From Eledone cirrhosa (lineage: Eukaryota), in assembly GCA_964016885.1 (NCBI GenBank), contig OZ024742.1:116126001-116190000 (forward strand): a DNA stretch of 64,000 nt. Direction: 5' to 3'. Positions within the stretch are counted from its first letter, which is position 1; each line of letters starts with the position of its first letter. The notes beneath the pieces are model-generated. The model had not been told where the DNA came from and searched no databases. It saw only the letters and a list, made by a program, of their open reading frames with translations. This document shows, piece after piece, positions 44,620 to 60,362 of the stretch. Both the position numbers and the translations under genes were made by a program.

Positions 44620-45430
44620 TTTTCTCCGGTGTCATATCCGGGTGTACGAGGTTCATCCTGGATTTCTTGAAGGAATTTTACATAAGACTTCTCGAACTTT
44701 ATGGGGTCTGTTTCTGTTTTAAATGTATTTTGGTTTTGTGTTAAAGAGAGCAGGGCCAATTCAGGTGAAATAATTTTGCCGTATTCTTTTTATTAGATGC
44801 GAGTTTGATTTTTGTAACTTAAAGGTGATGCCAACATCATTTGGGCAATGCTGATGGAGTATTTGCTTCATGCAGATAGTATAGCCCTCACGTAGGTATT
44901 TCACCTGAGAATTTCACCTGAAGGAAGGGAGTGTGTGAGTTTCAGGGTATCCTCTTTTCCAAAGTGGATTAACTCAGATTTACCCTCGCTCAGCAGCATA
45001 TTGTTCTTTTCCACCCATTGGATGACAGCCTGCAAATCTGATTGGAGGCATATCCGGTCACCTACGCCATTGATGACCTTCTGGAGCTTGGAGTCATCTG
45101 AAAAGATTCTTACGCTGCTGTGTTTCATGATGACAGTAATGTCATTAATATAGATAATGAAAAGGAGTGGGCCTAACATAGTTCCTTGTGGGACACAACT
45201 ATTGACTTTGGCTGGGCTGGATTTTACTCCTTCGACTACAACATGTTTGACTAGAGACACTTGATCAACTGCACCACCTTTCCAGTGACCCCAATGTTGG
45301 ACAGTTTTCACGGTAGAATGTTGTGAGGAACCCTGTCAAATGCCTTGGTGAAATCAAGGTAGATGACATCAGTGTTGGAGCCCTCTCCCAAAGCTCTCAA
45401 AATGTCATCAAAGTGTTCCATTAGCTGCGA
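44620..45430 (-). mobile_element. CR1-type LINE RT fragment
   Basis: DVIYLDFTKAFDRVPH; VPQGTMLGPLLFIIYINDI; IFSDDSKL; LQSDLQAVIQW; C-terminal GPALFN..P-like motif. Confidence 0.85.
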
Positions 45431-45876
45431 CAAAAGATTAATTTATAGCAACTAAGCTACATCAAGTACACACACAATTTTATATGTCACTAAGGAAAGA
45501 GTGTGGTTTCCCTTATAGCACGAGAGTCATGAATAAGAAACAAAAAAAGCAAAGAAAAGAAAGGAAGTTAAGAAGCAAGAAGAGAAACTAAGATATCGTG
45601 TTTAAAAATGTAAAAAAAAAAAAAGTGTATGCCATTGCAATAAAGGGTGAAGAGATAACATGGTCATTGCATTAATATTGATAAACCTAATAACATTAAC
45701 AAAGAGAGGGCATGACAACAAACGAAGGTAATTTTTAACGGGAAACCTCAACCAATTATTATGATATAACATATCTGGGTCATCGGCAGTTCGGGTCTAC
45801 TTTGGCATTTTCGACATCTACAGACGGTATTGTTAGTACGCCCGGGGTCACAGCATCTGACATACATACACACATG

Positions 45877-45908
<32 letters not shown>

Positions 45909-45909
45909 G

Positions 45910-46107
45910 TAATAATAATTGTTTCTACTTTTGGCACAAGGCCAGCAATTATCCCAGCGTAGTACTGGTACTTTATTTTATAGACCCCGTAAGGATGAAA
46001 GGCAAAGTTAACCTCGGCGGGATTTGAACTCAGATCATAAAGGGCCGTAACTCTTTGCTGCAAAGCATGCCGTCCGACCCTCTACCGATACTGCCAATCA
46101 CCGCCCG
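45910..46107 (-). mobile_element. tRNA-derived SINE, near full length
   Basis: Head GGGCGGTGATTGGCAGTATCGG, B box GAGTTCAAATCC, (ATT)n tail. Confidence 0.85.
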
Positions 46108-46230
46108 TATATATAGTAATAATAATAAATATGAAGACTAAAATCCGAAGAGGGCTCGATAAGGATAATATATTTATAAAATATATAATATATATATATA
46201 TCTTTTTATATTTATATAAATATATATATA

Positions 46231-46700
<470 letters not shown>

Positions 46701-46703
46701 TAT

Positions 46704-46762
<59 letters not shown>

Positions 46763-47611
46763 CAGCGGTGTAATCGAGATCGTGACGATATATAAGAGAA
46801 GGGTCTTAATCATGCATTATCTTTACAAAGGTCTCGATGCAAGATATAGAGTCAAGTAATTAGTGGAAGATTGACAGTTTTCTACAGGTTTCGCCAAAGG
46901 CTTGTTTAAATTAAAATCAGTTTGATAAGATAGCCTTTGGCAAACGCTAGTATAAATCGTTAAACCTTTAACTATACATATGTATGTCTGTGTGTTTAAA
47001 TATTATTGTGAGTGGGTTTGCTATTACTGTTGCCCCAGGATCAATCAAATCGAAACCATGAACATACCCGTTCACACACAAATGCATACACAGATGTAAC
47101 AATATAAGCATGACGGCATATAGAGATTTAATTTTTAATTTTCAACGAAATTAGCAACACCGTAAATGTACTTGTGTTAGTGTTTACAATTTTCTGTTTA
47201 TATATCTATGTGTGTGTGTGTATATCAATAAGTGTGTGTGTATATGTGTATATATATGTGTGTGTGGGGGTGTTGGTATATGTGTATTTATGAATTTATA
47301 CATAAATAGTTTACTGTATATATCTGTGCACATGCACACTCACATATACATAAAGAAAGAGCGTGAGCAATGCCAACGTAAACGAACGATTAAAATATTT
47401 ACAAAATCAATTACCCTCTCTCTCTCTATATATATAATACACATATTTTAATTGAATAAGGAAAAAACATATAGTATCGTCCTATATATTCCTTCCAAGG
47501 AGGATGGAACTATGATCATATATATGTTTCATGTTGGCCTACAGACAGTAATGGCCTTCAATCACTTACAATTACTTGACAACAGCACAATATATCTCAA
47601 ACACTCATCTC

Positions 47612-47751
<140 letters not shown>

Positions 47752-48105
47752 AATTTCGAAGTTAATATAATGTAAGTCACTCATCATTCCACAGACCAGT
47801 GCATTAAAAATTACTCTCAGACAACTCCTGGCAAACGTTGTATTACCAGACTCTATTTTTTAATTTTAAAATTGACGTATAGTTTATGAGTCCGGAGTAA
47901 TTGCGTCTATCCAATTGAATTCATAAACTTGTATCAATCCAACACTATGGCAGAAAACATTTGGCCAATGTTCCACTCAAGGAACAAAAGGATCGAGTCA
48001 TGAACCTCGTGATTTCAAAAGATGTCGTATATGCCACCACGCATATGTCATTCTCGAACTGTTTCGCGTGTATTGGGTCCATGTGGCCAATATAAGTAAT
48101 AATTA

Positions 48106-49950
48106 CACTGCGTGACACTATTTCTTTAGCAAACTTTAGGTGATATTAGTTAATTTTAGGAGGCTCTTTATGAATACGAAATCCATTTTGCTCCATCACG
48201 TCTACATTTTGAGCTACAAGATATGCCACATTTACTACATTCACAGAAAATGTCTTTCATCTTGTCAGCATTGCGTGTAATTTATTTATGTACTAAATGT
48301 CAATTAATCACTGTTAAAATAACATTATACACTTAGAAACAAATTATATCAAAACAAGTAGAACATTGATTTAATTGTCAACATCATTAGCATGGTATTC
48401 AAGAAAAAATGGCGCCAGCAAAAGTCTGCCATCATGCAGAGATTGGCCCACCCTTGATACCGTGTTTAAACAGTTGTAATCAATTGATGAAATCTTTCGC
48501 CATGCACGTCATTGATCTTGTCCAAATCCAATTGAAAGAAATCCTCGTGACTTTTTAAAATGTGAAACTTCAAAAACATGTTGACACCCAGTGCATCGGA
48601 TGAATCCAGGTCAGTTAGCATTGCTCTGTAATACGGGATTCAATTCTTTCGTAGAATGTTTTCAGCTGACATTAACGCAGCATCATAAGCTCGTCGTTCG
48701 CTTCGTTCAATGAATCTCAGAACATCTGATTCAAGATTCACATATTCTTTAATCTTTGTGTCACTTAATTAAGGAAATATATTTTTCAGCAACTTGATTG
48801 GTTGCCCCTCAGTGTCTAGTGACTTTGCAAATATTTGAAACGTCCAGGTTTAATATGGAGAGCTGGTAACACAATTGGCTCAGGTGAAACTCGTTGTAGT
48901 ACGTATTGAATGTTTTTATTATTTGGTCTCCATTTCGGCTTTCCAAAACTGCCGTTCCACATGCATATGAAGTAGCAAAACCGCGTGCAGCACATTCGCT
49001 TTCCTGTTATAAAACCCATGGTCTTCAATTGACCTCAACCTTAAATCATCGTACATGATCAACGAAAGTAACATCTTGATAGTGTCGTATGGCACTTCTA
49101 CCTTCCCAACATGAAAATGGACTGCCTTTAAGCTAGATATACCGCCATCAATAAACAATCACCAATCTGCCATGACACCAGAAGAAATTTCCAGAGTCAT
49201 TATCATACTTGCAAAGTTCTTACCATAAATCGAATCCAGTTCATGTATGTCAATAAATCTAATGAATTTCTTCTCTCGGGGCTTGAACGCTATTTCTTTG
49301 ATTCATTTGGCTAAGGCACCACGTCCTCTGAGCATGGTGCAAGCCAAGTAAGTATCATTATAGGAAGTCCCAACCTCTGGACAAATGGTCCCGTTGTTCT
49401 TGATTCATTTTAGGGCATACATGAGAAATTTCAAAATCCCTGTCATGGTCTTCACAGCCAGTTTTGTCCTTGGAATCATCAACTGAGTCATTCATTGGTT
49501 GATTGTTTGGTACAGAAAGAATTTCATCATGACAAGACTGTAGTTTTATGGCAGATGGAAGAGTAAGATAATTAATATACTTTGTAGTTTTCTTATTGAA
49601 CCCCCTCAATAGTAGTAATACAAAGTATCAATCAGTAGAATTGTATTATTTTTGTCATACCATAAGAATAGCAAAATATATTTGCTTCTGCTTGCCAATG
49701 GGTCACAAGAAAAGCAAATCACTGCAACCTTTGCATGCAATGTGTGGAAGAAAACATTTATCTTCATTTGAAGACAAATGTTTATTTTCTTTCATTTTGA
49801 AGCAAACCTTTCGTCTTTATTGTATGGTGATATTTCACTTGCAGTCTTTGAATGCATCTTCCCCACAGATTTAGCGATAGTAATCTGAATAGTTGTGGCA
49901 TACACGTCTTAAACCCATAGAAATTGAAGGAAATTCAAGTGAACATGGCG
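48106..49950 (-). mobile_element. Degenerate DNA transposon, Chapaev3-like (CMC/RAG1-related transposase)
   Basis: Ordered motifs YICGE, YLTLPSAI, FIDGGISSLKAV, CYFICMW, LPALHIK, HGERFHQ, MMADF. Terminus TTA|CACTG at 48103-48110. Superfamily assignment is from recall of the motifs. Confidence 0.6.
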
Positions 49951-50289
49951 TCGAAATCAAATTCACAATTTATATATGTATACATATTTATATATATACA
50001 TTTATTAATTTATAGTTTCTAAATTTAACCGAGAAAATTAGGTGGGCAGGTTAATATAAGCGGTCTAGCACACATATCTGGACAACATGAGTTGTGAATT
50101 TGATTTCCCCGCCGTGTTCATTTGAAATTCCTTAAATTTCCATGGGTTTAAGACGTGTATGCCACAACTACTCAGATTACTATCGCTATATCTGTGGGGA
50201 ATATGTATTCAAAGACTGCAAGTGAAATAACACCATACAATCAAGACGAAAGGTTTGCTTCAAAATGAAAAAAAAGGAACATTTATCTT
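49771..50289. repeat. Inverted duplication of the transposase 5' region, ~180-bp arms
   Basis: 49771-49950 versus 50110-50289. The right arm ends in (TA)n. Confidence 0.85.
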
Positions 50290-50350
50290 ATATATATATA
50301 TATATATATATATAATGTAGGGGGTGAGTTTTATTGCAGTACAATAAAGC

Positions 50351-52454
50351 AATTGCAATTGCCCTATTAAAATAAATGTCCTCTCAACAACCATTGTCTT
50401 GATAAAAACTTAATTTACGAATGTAAAGTTATAACTGACACCAATTCCTTCACCTATTTTGGCTCCACTTCCACCTTAATAAAAGACCTAGATACAAAAA
50501 CATAATCTGGTATAATGCTCCTTTCTCCATCTCTATTAATAACAATATTCCTAAATTATTCTTTAGTGCCTTAAATAAATGCTTCCCTCCCTCACATATC
50601 TATAGTAAAATATTTAACAAACACACCATAAAATTTTCTTATTCTACATCCTCCAACATTTCCAACATTATCTCTAAACACAACAATAAAATACTAAATA
50701 CTAAATCTCTTCCTTCCAACACTGAATTTAATAATAATAGTACTCCCGACGGCATTGTAAACCCTAGGCTAATTTCTACAAACCCAAATACAACGTCAAA
50801 CACAACTTCGCTAAATGTTCATAATCCCATTCTAAATCAAGCAACTATTCCTATCGCAAACAACTTCTCCAATCCAATTCCTTCTATAGATAACACTAGG
50901 TCACTCATTAATAATCTCTCTAATTGCAATTGCAATTGCCCTATTAAAAATAAATGTCCTCTCAACAACCATTGTCTTGATAAAAACTTAATTTACGAAT
51001 GTAAAGTTATAACTGACACCAATTCCTTCACCTATTTTGGCTCCACTTCCACCTCTTTTAAAGCTCGTCTTTATAACCATCATTCGTCTTTTAAATACAA
51101 ACTTAAAAGAACCAACACGGCTCTCTCAGAACTCATATGGTCCTTGAAAGACAAAACATCAAATATAGCATCTTTTGGAAGAAGGTTTCTTCTGCGTCTT
51201 GAACAGTTCTCTATCTAAAATCTGTAATCTCTGTCTAAATGAAAAATGTACCATTATCTCTAATCTAGATTCTATAATAAATAGACGCACTGACTTGTTT
51301 TCTATCTGCTTGCATAAATTCCATAAAACATTTCACAAAGTATACAGCTAATATTCAATTCTTTATCAATTTAGAATCTTTTTCTCAAAGGCACATATAT
51401 AGACACTTCTCTTAAAACTATACCCATCTTTCTACCTTATTTCAAAGGTTATTATACATTCTATAATACTTGTTTACTCATTACTCTTACTCTATATCAC
51501 CTTGTAAAAATCCTTCGTAGACATATACTTTTTTTTTTGACGCTGGATTATTCATCCTCAATTCATTATCTTTTCTCCCTATCATCTAACTCATTATTCT
51601 CAATACATATTAACATTTTCTTTTTCTTCGCACATATTATCAAATCCTTCAATATACAAACCTTAACTTTACATTATTTTTCTCAAATCCTTCAATATAC
51701 AAACCTTAACTTTACATTATTTTTCTCTTCGTTAATTTTCAAATTCTATAATACTTGTTTACTCTTTCTACATCACCCATATTTATCACTTCCTTTTCTT
51801 TTCTTCTAATATCTAACCCCTAATCTGTACCTTTTCTCACTCTTGCCTAACATAGAATCAATTATTACATAATACAACACATTCTTACTCTATATCACCT
51901 TGTAAAAATCCTTCGTAAACATACATTTTTTGACGTTAGAATATTCATCCTCAATTCATTATCTTTTCTCCCTATCACCTAAATCATTATTCTCAATACA
52001 TATTAACTCCTTCTTTTGCTTCGCACATATTTTTCTCTTCGTTAATTTTCAAATTCTTTTAATTTATACATTATCTTCCAACGGTTTTCAACCTCTCTAT
52101 GTAAAGCAATATATCTTTCTCAGTTATAAAATCTAACTCTCTCTCTCTCTATCACCCATCTCTCCTCCTATCTCATCCTTCCTCACTATACTCCTCCCTC
52201 TCCACCTTCACTCTAATCTCCTTCTTTTTTCATCCTTTCCACCACCCCCTCTAAATAACATATTTTTCCCAATATCTCACATCAATCTAAAACTACTTCT
52301 CATATGTTGATTTAAAACTGAACAATCCACAAGTGTTTTTAACCTTCATATCATGTCCTCCTGTTTTATCTGATGAAAACACAAATATTATTTATTTTCG
52401 TAGGAAGGGTAAAGGAAAGGAGAGTGCTCTGTGTATACTACAGAGCTATTTAAT

Positions 52455-52460
<6 letters not shown>
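50351..52460 (+). mobile_element. Penelope-like element 3' half: RT thumb/linker and GIY-YIG endonuclease (50478-51351, two frameshifts), pyrimidine-rich UTR, hammerhead 5' half
   Basis: KNIIWYNAPFS...FPPSHIYSKIFNKHTIKFSYS...HNNKIL; CNCPIKNKCPLNNHCL; NLIYEC...YFGST..FKARLYNH; TALSELIWSLK; CNLCLNEK; INRRTDLFSICLH*. TTTTAT-CTGATGA at 52364-52376. 50351-50476 duplicates 50928-51055. Confidence 0.9.
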
Positions 52461-52539
<79 letters not shown>

Positions 52540-52760
52540 TTCGTGTGAACATTTTCCGAAGAAAAAGCAAAGGGAAAGAGAGTGCTCTATTTATATTACA
52601 TGGCTATTTAATTAGAAAGTGAACAACACCAAATATAACTACTCCATTACCAACAGTTTCAGAACTCTACACAATATATTAACATACGTCTAGTTTGTTA
52701 ATATTGCCTCGGGTCCTGAAACCTTTGGTAATGGAGTAGTTATATTTGCTGCTCACTTTC

Positions 52761-52766
<6 letters not shown>
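52540..52766 (-). mobile_element. Fold-back element plus tail
   Basis: Arms 52609-52667 and 52711-52766 with hammerhead 3' half GAAA CC TTT GG TA. Tail related to 57614-57680. Confidence 0.7.
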
Positions 52767-52825
<59 letters not shown>

Positions 52826-52830
<5 letters not shown>

Positions 52831-53243
52831 AGTCGTTGGAAGCCTCGACAATGCAAATGGGTAAATCTCCGGGTAACAAGGTCCGGTGGTGGAGAGAGAG
52901 ATGTAAGTGGGGGTACGTTGAGATGCGTGGTGTGTATAAGATGTGTGAGATGTGTAGAATGGAGGGAAGAGTATAAAAGATAAAAATAAAAATAACAACA
53001 CAAGAGAGAGTTACCTTTGGAGAGATTTAATAGTCCCTATATATTTCGGATTCACATCCATCAACTGGGGTTTATTTCCGGGGTGGGGGAAAAGGTTGTC
53101 TGTCGGACAAGTCCGGAACGCGTCTTTCGCTGTCTCTCCACCACCGGACCTTGTTACAGGGAGATTTACCCATTTGCATTGCCGAGGCTTCCAAACGACT
53201 TAAAGATATTTACTTATTGTTCCACAATGCTTCAAGCAAACTT
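52826..53243 (+). mobile_element. Fold-back element plus tail
   Basis: Arms 52827-52897 and 53134-53203. Loop has a degenerate GGAC AA GTCC GGAACGCGTC. Confidence 0.7.
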
Positions 53244-53426
53244 CAATACTCTCATATATATATATGTATGTGTATATATATATATATATACATATGTATA
53301 TACACACACATATATATACATATGTATATATGTATAAATGCTTATATATAGACATATATACATATGTACATATATACATATATACATATGTATATATATA
53401 TATATATGCATATGTATATATATATA

Positions 53427-53527
<101 letters not shown>

Positions 53528-53950
53528 ATATATGTGTGTGGATAAGCGTCTCTGACAGTTTTATATAAATAGTTAGCTTATTCCTACGCATTTTATAACA
53601 TTCTATTGTATATATGAAAAGGAACTAGTGGCAAAAATACAGTAATTTTTCTCATAACCATTTTTATTACCACCAGGACCCTCTCCAACATACCGTACAC
53701 CACATTTTTATTTTTCATCATCAACATCAAGTTTATGATATTTCAATAATAACCTGTTATAATGGAAATTTTTTTTTCTGCTTGTTGACTCCACCTTTTA
53801 TATCTCACTTCATTCTAAAGGACATTTCTTCAAAAAGCCACTTAACGGCACTCCGTTCCTTATATTCTGTTTGATTGACCGTCTAGAATACGCAACAAAA
53901 AACAACAACATATAAACAAACTAATTATTTTAGGTGATATATATTTTGTA

Positions 53951-54205
53951 TGTATGTTCTCTCTTTCTCTTAATTTCGAGTATAATTTTGACCGGCCACC
54001 TTCCTGGTGGCAAGGTTGAAAAAGAAAAGAAATTGTCATCCCTTGAATCGCAAGAATGTTTTGCAAATTTTGATGGTGCCAGCTATCGCAGCCATTTGTA
54101 GACTATGAATTAGGAAAGCTGCGCTCTTTGTCCGCAAATCCAAATTCAGTTATACATTGGTCTAAGCGGGTTGGTATATAACCCGTAGCTCCAATATTAA
54201 TTATT
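53951..54205 (-). mobile_element. Second copy of the R4/NeSL-like 3' end in (TATG)n
   Basis: PIINIGATGYIPTRLDQCITEFGFADKERS; colinear with 26462-26707. Confidence 0.7.
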
Positions 54206-55218
54206 GGTGGGTTTGCCAGTTTAGTCGCCAACGACCCGACCATAAGACAGGTTGTACAGGGATACATGTTACCAGTAGCACCAAGTGCTGATCTGACATC
54301 CTGCAGGACTAAAAACAAAACCTGTCAAAGGGCAAAGGAGCTCTTAAGAGTCAATGGCCATCCAAAATCACCGGGAGAGGTGACCCCTTAGCCTTTGTCA
54401 AGGCAGAATTCTAGGAGAAGGAAAACTCTGATATAACACCTGCAACCTTGATGGTATCCAATGATGTTGACTTGTTCTTCTTTTGGGTAAATATCATCTT
54501 CGTTAAGAGAGTGGGACTGGCTTTGTGCAGTGCCTTTGCTCACTGTAAAAGCTTCACGGCACAAGTATTGCTTCATATCTGGAGATCTTTCTGCACTTGT
54601 CGTCACATGGTACCATGGGCCCAGCACTATGTGTCATTAATTGTCACCAGTGTAGTGTTTCTACCAGAGTTTTCAAATCGCTGGCTGGACTAAAAACTCA
54701 CACTCGTTCAGCGCATCGGTAGGGGTTCTCCTACATGGATATAAAGTAGTGGCCGTACTCGAAAACGAGGCGGCAGCCACCATGTATATGTGTATGTATG
54801 TACGTATGTATATATGCATGTATGCGTGAACGTATGTATCTATGTACGTATCTTTGTATGTGTGTATGTATGTATGTATGTATGTATGTAGGTAGGTATG
54901 TAGGTAGGTATGTGCGTATGTATGTACTTATGTATATAAGTATATTACATACGTGTCAATATTTTCGCTGCAGATATCAGGTTGTAACATAGGGCACGTG
55001 CCACCAAGTATATATTTATGATTGTTTGTATGTATATATGTATGTATGGATGTATGTATATATGAACGTATGTATGTATGTATCTATGTTTGTTTGTATG
55101 TATATATGTATGTATGTATGAATGTATGTGTATATGAACGTATGTATGTATTTATCTATCTATCTGTCAATCTCTCTATCTATTTATATATATATGTATA
55201 TTTATATATATATATGTA

Positions 55219-55286
<68 letters not shown>

Positions 55287-55314
55287 AATATATATATATG
55301 TGTGTGTGTGTATG

Positions 55315-55541
<227 letters not shown>

Positions 55542-55578
55542 TAATAATAATATATACATATACGTATATATATATATG

Positions 55579-55668
<90 letters not shown>

Positions 55669-55708
55669 TATATGTATCTATCTGCATACACGTATGCATA
55701 TATATATA

Positions 55709-55749
<41 letters not shown>

Positions 55750-56556
55750 GCATCTATCTGCACACACGTATGTATGTATTCATCTTATCATTTATGTTTG
55801 TTTGTATGTATTGATGTTTAACTGTATTTTTAATTTTATGTGTTTTTATTTGCTTCGTCTTACGCTTCTGCTTATTGTTCTTGTAAAAACCGTGTCGCCG
55901 CGTGTGTGGTTTCTTGGTTGCCTGGTATCTCTGTGAACCTAACTGTTAAAAAAGTAGTGATAATCCGCTTAATGTAATTACGACCGACATAAGCCTGTTT
56001 GTAGATTTAGTACGATTAGAGAACACGCTACTGACTAGTAGTTTAGTACTAGAAATAACAACTAATGTATGACTCTCACACACACACACACACACACGCA
56101 CACACACACGCACACATACACACGCACATACTTACACACACACACACACTCACACATAAGCATATATATACCTCTTGTTGGAGCTCATTAATTTTACAGG
56201 TTAATAAACAAAAGCAACTTCTTCAATTACAAGTCATCTGGGTACTATATATTAACTTTCATTCTTTCATGACTCTCTCTTTCTCAGCTCCCCCTCCCCT
56301 TCCTCCATCTGCACCTCCATTTCTCCAGTAATTTCATGCTCTACATTCCTTTTTCTTTGTGCGCTGTGTTACGTGTGTATATAGTATATATGCACACACA
56401 CATACACAAACACGCGCATACAAATATATATATATATATATATATACACATACACAAGTATATATGTGTGCGTGTTTATAAACGCATAGACACACACTCA
56501 CACACAAATATGTATCTGCATGTATATGAATATATGTATATATATATGCGTATATG

Positions 56557-56607
<51 letters not shown>

Positions 56608-57232
56608 GCATATATATATATATGCATATATATATATGCACATATATGCTTATATATATATACTTGAATGCTTAGTAAAATCGAATCATTGGCGGTGTGC
56701 AAGCACATTCGACCTACTATATGAATGAGTTAGCAAAGCACTCGACAAGGTAGGTCCTTAGAGTAATAACATACGTTTAAATAGCTTGACAAATTGAACA
56801 TTGTGGTAGGCAAAATGTAACACACAATACCAAATTAACGAAAGAACTAACAGGTTGAGAAAAAAGGAAAATTGAAGTTTAAGAATCAAGAACTTTCCCG
56901 TCGACGTTTTTTTACGTTGAGCCAGTGTAATCAAGAAATTGAATGGACACTCTGCTACTATATATATTTGGCGCTATAGTCACTTATATATTATGGAATA
57001 CTGTTGGTTCTTGCTGCAATAATTTCTATACTTTTCATTCATATATAAATATATATATATATATATAAAATATTAAACAAATTATTTGTTTAATATTTTA
57101 TCTTGACTCTGTATACCGTTTATCTTTCACCGAAAGTGGTTTTTCATTACATCTCTTCTTTCCATGATATCCGGAATACATTGAGTTCTTCATACGGATT
57201 GGACACTACCGTAAACTCTTGGTAGATTTATC

Positions 57233-57336
<104 letters not shown>

Positions 57337-57361
57337 TGTAATAAACAACATAAGGCAATTA

Positions 57362-57422
57362 TTTCATTTACCAGCGGTTTCTTAAAAGCAAAACAAATTT
57401 GCTTTCACTCATCAGAATGAAA
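57362..57422 (-). ncRNA. Type I hammerhead ribozyme
   Basis: TTTCATT-CTGATGA-GTGAAAGCAAA..TTTGCTTTTAA-GAAA-CC GCT GG-TA-AATGAAA. Confidence 0.8.
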
Positions 57423-57522
57423 AGATCCTGGCGTATTTATTGACTTTGGATTTTAAAAACAAAAATGCAATCCTTTGCATTTTTGTTTTTAAAATCCAAA
57501 GTCAATAAATACGCCAGGATCT

Positions 57523-57583
57523 TTTCATCCTGATGATTGAAAGCAAATTTTTTTTGCTTTTAAGAAACCACTGGTAAATGAAA
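57523..57583 (+). ncRNA. Type I hammerhead ribozyme, predicted cleavage after 57576 (GUA)
   Basis: TTTCATC-CTGATGA-TTGAAAGCAAA TTTTT TTTGCTTTTAA-GAAA-CC ACT GG-TA-AATGAAA. Confidence 0.8.
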
Positions 57584-57699
57584 TAATTGCCTTATGTTGT
57601 TTATTACATAACTATTAAGCTCTGTTACCTACATAGAGCACTCTTTTTTCCTGGACTTTTCCGACGGAATTACTTCATTTACACACATATATATATGTA

Positions 57700-58162
57700 T
57701 ACATATATATGTCTGTGTGTGTGTGTGTATTACACCCTGTAGATAGTATCAAGAATTGGAAAAAAAAAAAAAAAAAAAACAATGGAAATATTCTTTCCGT
57801 TGTCTGTTCTGACGATTTCCACCTGACTCAGTAAGTGAATGATAAGAAGAAAAAGGAAGATTGAAGTTTAAGAATCGTCAAGAACTTTCCCGTCAACGCT
57901 TCTTTACATTGAGCCAGTGTAATCAAGAAATTGAATGGACACTGCTACTATATATATATAAATAGTAGCAGAGTGACGGGAAAGTTCTTGACGATTCTTA
58001 AACTTCAAGCTTCCTTTTTCTTCTTATCATTCACTTACTGAGTCAGGTGGAAATCGTCAGATCAGACAACGGAAAGAATATTTCCATTGTTTTTTTAGGG
58101 GTATCCTTTTCCAATTGCTGATACTATCTACAGGGTGTAATACACACACACACAAACACATA

Positions 58163-58170
<8 letters not shown>
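57700..58170. repeat. Inverted repeat with ~195-bp arms; 57847-57955 is also directly repeated at 56858-56965
   Basis: 57700-57895 versus 57974-58170, with a small TA-centred hairpin in the loop. Confidence 0.8.
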
Positions 58171-58240
<70 letters not shown>

Positions 58241-58245
<5 letters not shown>

Positions 58246-58430
58246 AGTTATTCCGGGTTGAATCGGAGGTAACCACAGTAAGTAAGGTACTCAATACATA
58301 GCAGAGTATAACAGTTTTAATATAGATGAGATTCTACAGGACTAGAACTGTTTCATTCTTTAGATTTTTTCATTCTTTAGATTCCTGATGATTTCTAAAC
58401 AATAAAATAGTTCTAGTCCTGTAGAATCTC

Positions 58431-58432
<2 letters not shown>
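58241..58432 (-). mobile_element. Fold-back element plus tail (siblings 60136-60285 and 28391-28457; tail also at 21785-21850)
   Basis: Arms 58329-58352 and 58405-58430 with CTGATGA in the loop. Tail TACTCTGCTATGTATTGAGTACC..CTGTGGTTACC. Confidence 0.7.
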
Positions 58433-58499
<67 letters not shown>

Positions 58500-58917
58500 T
58501 GGGGTTAACCGAACAGGGATGTGCGGACCACATTATGGTCTGTCGGTTGTGATGCAACGACCTGTAAAAATCGTGGAAGCCGGACCATTATATATTATCA
58601 AAATATCGGAGGCCATATTCAGTTGAAACATATTTCACTAAGGACTATCTATTATGGTAGCCTGAGCTCTTCAAAAGGTAAAACCTATAAAAACACTGAA
58701 ATTTCCTAAAAGTAAACCTGTATCAAGAAAAGAAAATCTATTTCGAAGAACTTATTGAATTTGTTCAAACGTTAAAGGTTTCCTCTTGGGAACTTTCACT
58801 GTTATTTTAGGTTTTTCTGATTGAAGATCTCAGGCTATCATAAGTGAGAGTTCTCAGCGAAATATGTATAACGGTGTTTTACATAAACCTGAATCGATAG
58901 AATATGGCCTTAGAATG

Positions 58918-59357
<440 letters not shown>

Positions 59358-59475
59358 TATATATATATATATATATAGTCGTCACCCCCTCCTCCCACAC
59401 TCTCAGGCCTGAACCTAATACTAACACTATGTACTGCACCTTTCGATGTTTTTTGTTGTTTTGTTTTCTGTTTTA

Positions 59476-59507
<32 letters not shown>

Positions 59508-59516
<9 letters not shown>

Positions 59517-60095
59517 CTAGATCTAGCGAATAGAGAAAAAGTTTTATAATAAATTTTAAAAAATTCGCTGGACTTACTATATGTGCCTTTACCGCGGTTT
59601 CATGCTCCAGAATAAACGGAAAATCCAAGCGGATTTCTAATGCGAATGGAGAAATCTACAGAAGGCACTTCTCCCTCGGAGAATATAAAATTCCCGAGTT
59701 CAATCACAAACTGACGCCATACAAAACCATTCCCTGCTGCTATTTCTAGTGGCAGGACATTGACCTGTCCACACTGCCTTTTGTCTTTACACACATCACC
59801 AGACAGAATTATTTCTTTCATCATGCGCTCACAGTTGGGAAGATTGTTCCCTTCTCAATGGAAAACCGCTTTGATTTTCCGTTTATTCTGGGGCATGAAA
59901 CCGCGGTAAAGGCCATATAGTAAGTACAGCGAATTTTTTAAAATTTATTTTAAACTTTTTCTCTATTTGCTAGACATCGATTTTATATATTCTGACTTGT
60001 TAATTTATTAACCCACCACAGAACCACATTGGCATACGGTTGGATAATACTTGTTTCCCTATATGTATTTTTTACACGTAGGAATTCATACTTTA
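59508..60095 (+). mobile_element. Fold-back element with ~140-bp arms plus tail
   Basis: Arms 59508-59650 and 59848-59988 with hammerhead 3' half GAAA CCGCGG TA. Confidence 0.75.
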
Positions 60096-60096
60096 T

Positions 60097-60135
<39 letters not shown>

Positions 60136-60136
<1 letters not shown>

Positions 60137-60285
60137 CAGGAGTAGAACTGTTTCATTCGGGAAAAATCATCAGTTCTAGTCCTGTAGAAGGTATTTCTAT
60201 ATTAAATATTTATACTCTGCTATGTATTGAGTACCTTACTTACTGTGGTTACCCCCGATTGATCCCGGGATAAACATATCTCTTT
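60136..60285 (+). mobile_element. Short fold-back element plus tail
   Basis: ACAGGAGTAGAACTG / CAGTTCTAGTCCTGT arms. Tail shared with 58241-58330. Confidence 0.7.
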
Positions 60286-60292
60286 CTCTCTC

Positions 60293-60357
<65 letters not shown>

Positions 60358-60362
<5 letters not shown>

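Noticed and set aside
45910-46107. tRNA gene suggested by A and B boxes
   Set aside because: Box spacing is too long, no cloverleaf, and it is a multi-copy unit with body and tail, so a SINE.
54205-54447. RTE 5' UTR-like segment (AGGAGAAGGAAAACTCTG), similar to 35081-35220
   Set aside because: Recognised from one short motif only; boundaries and family cannot be supported.
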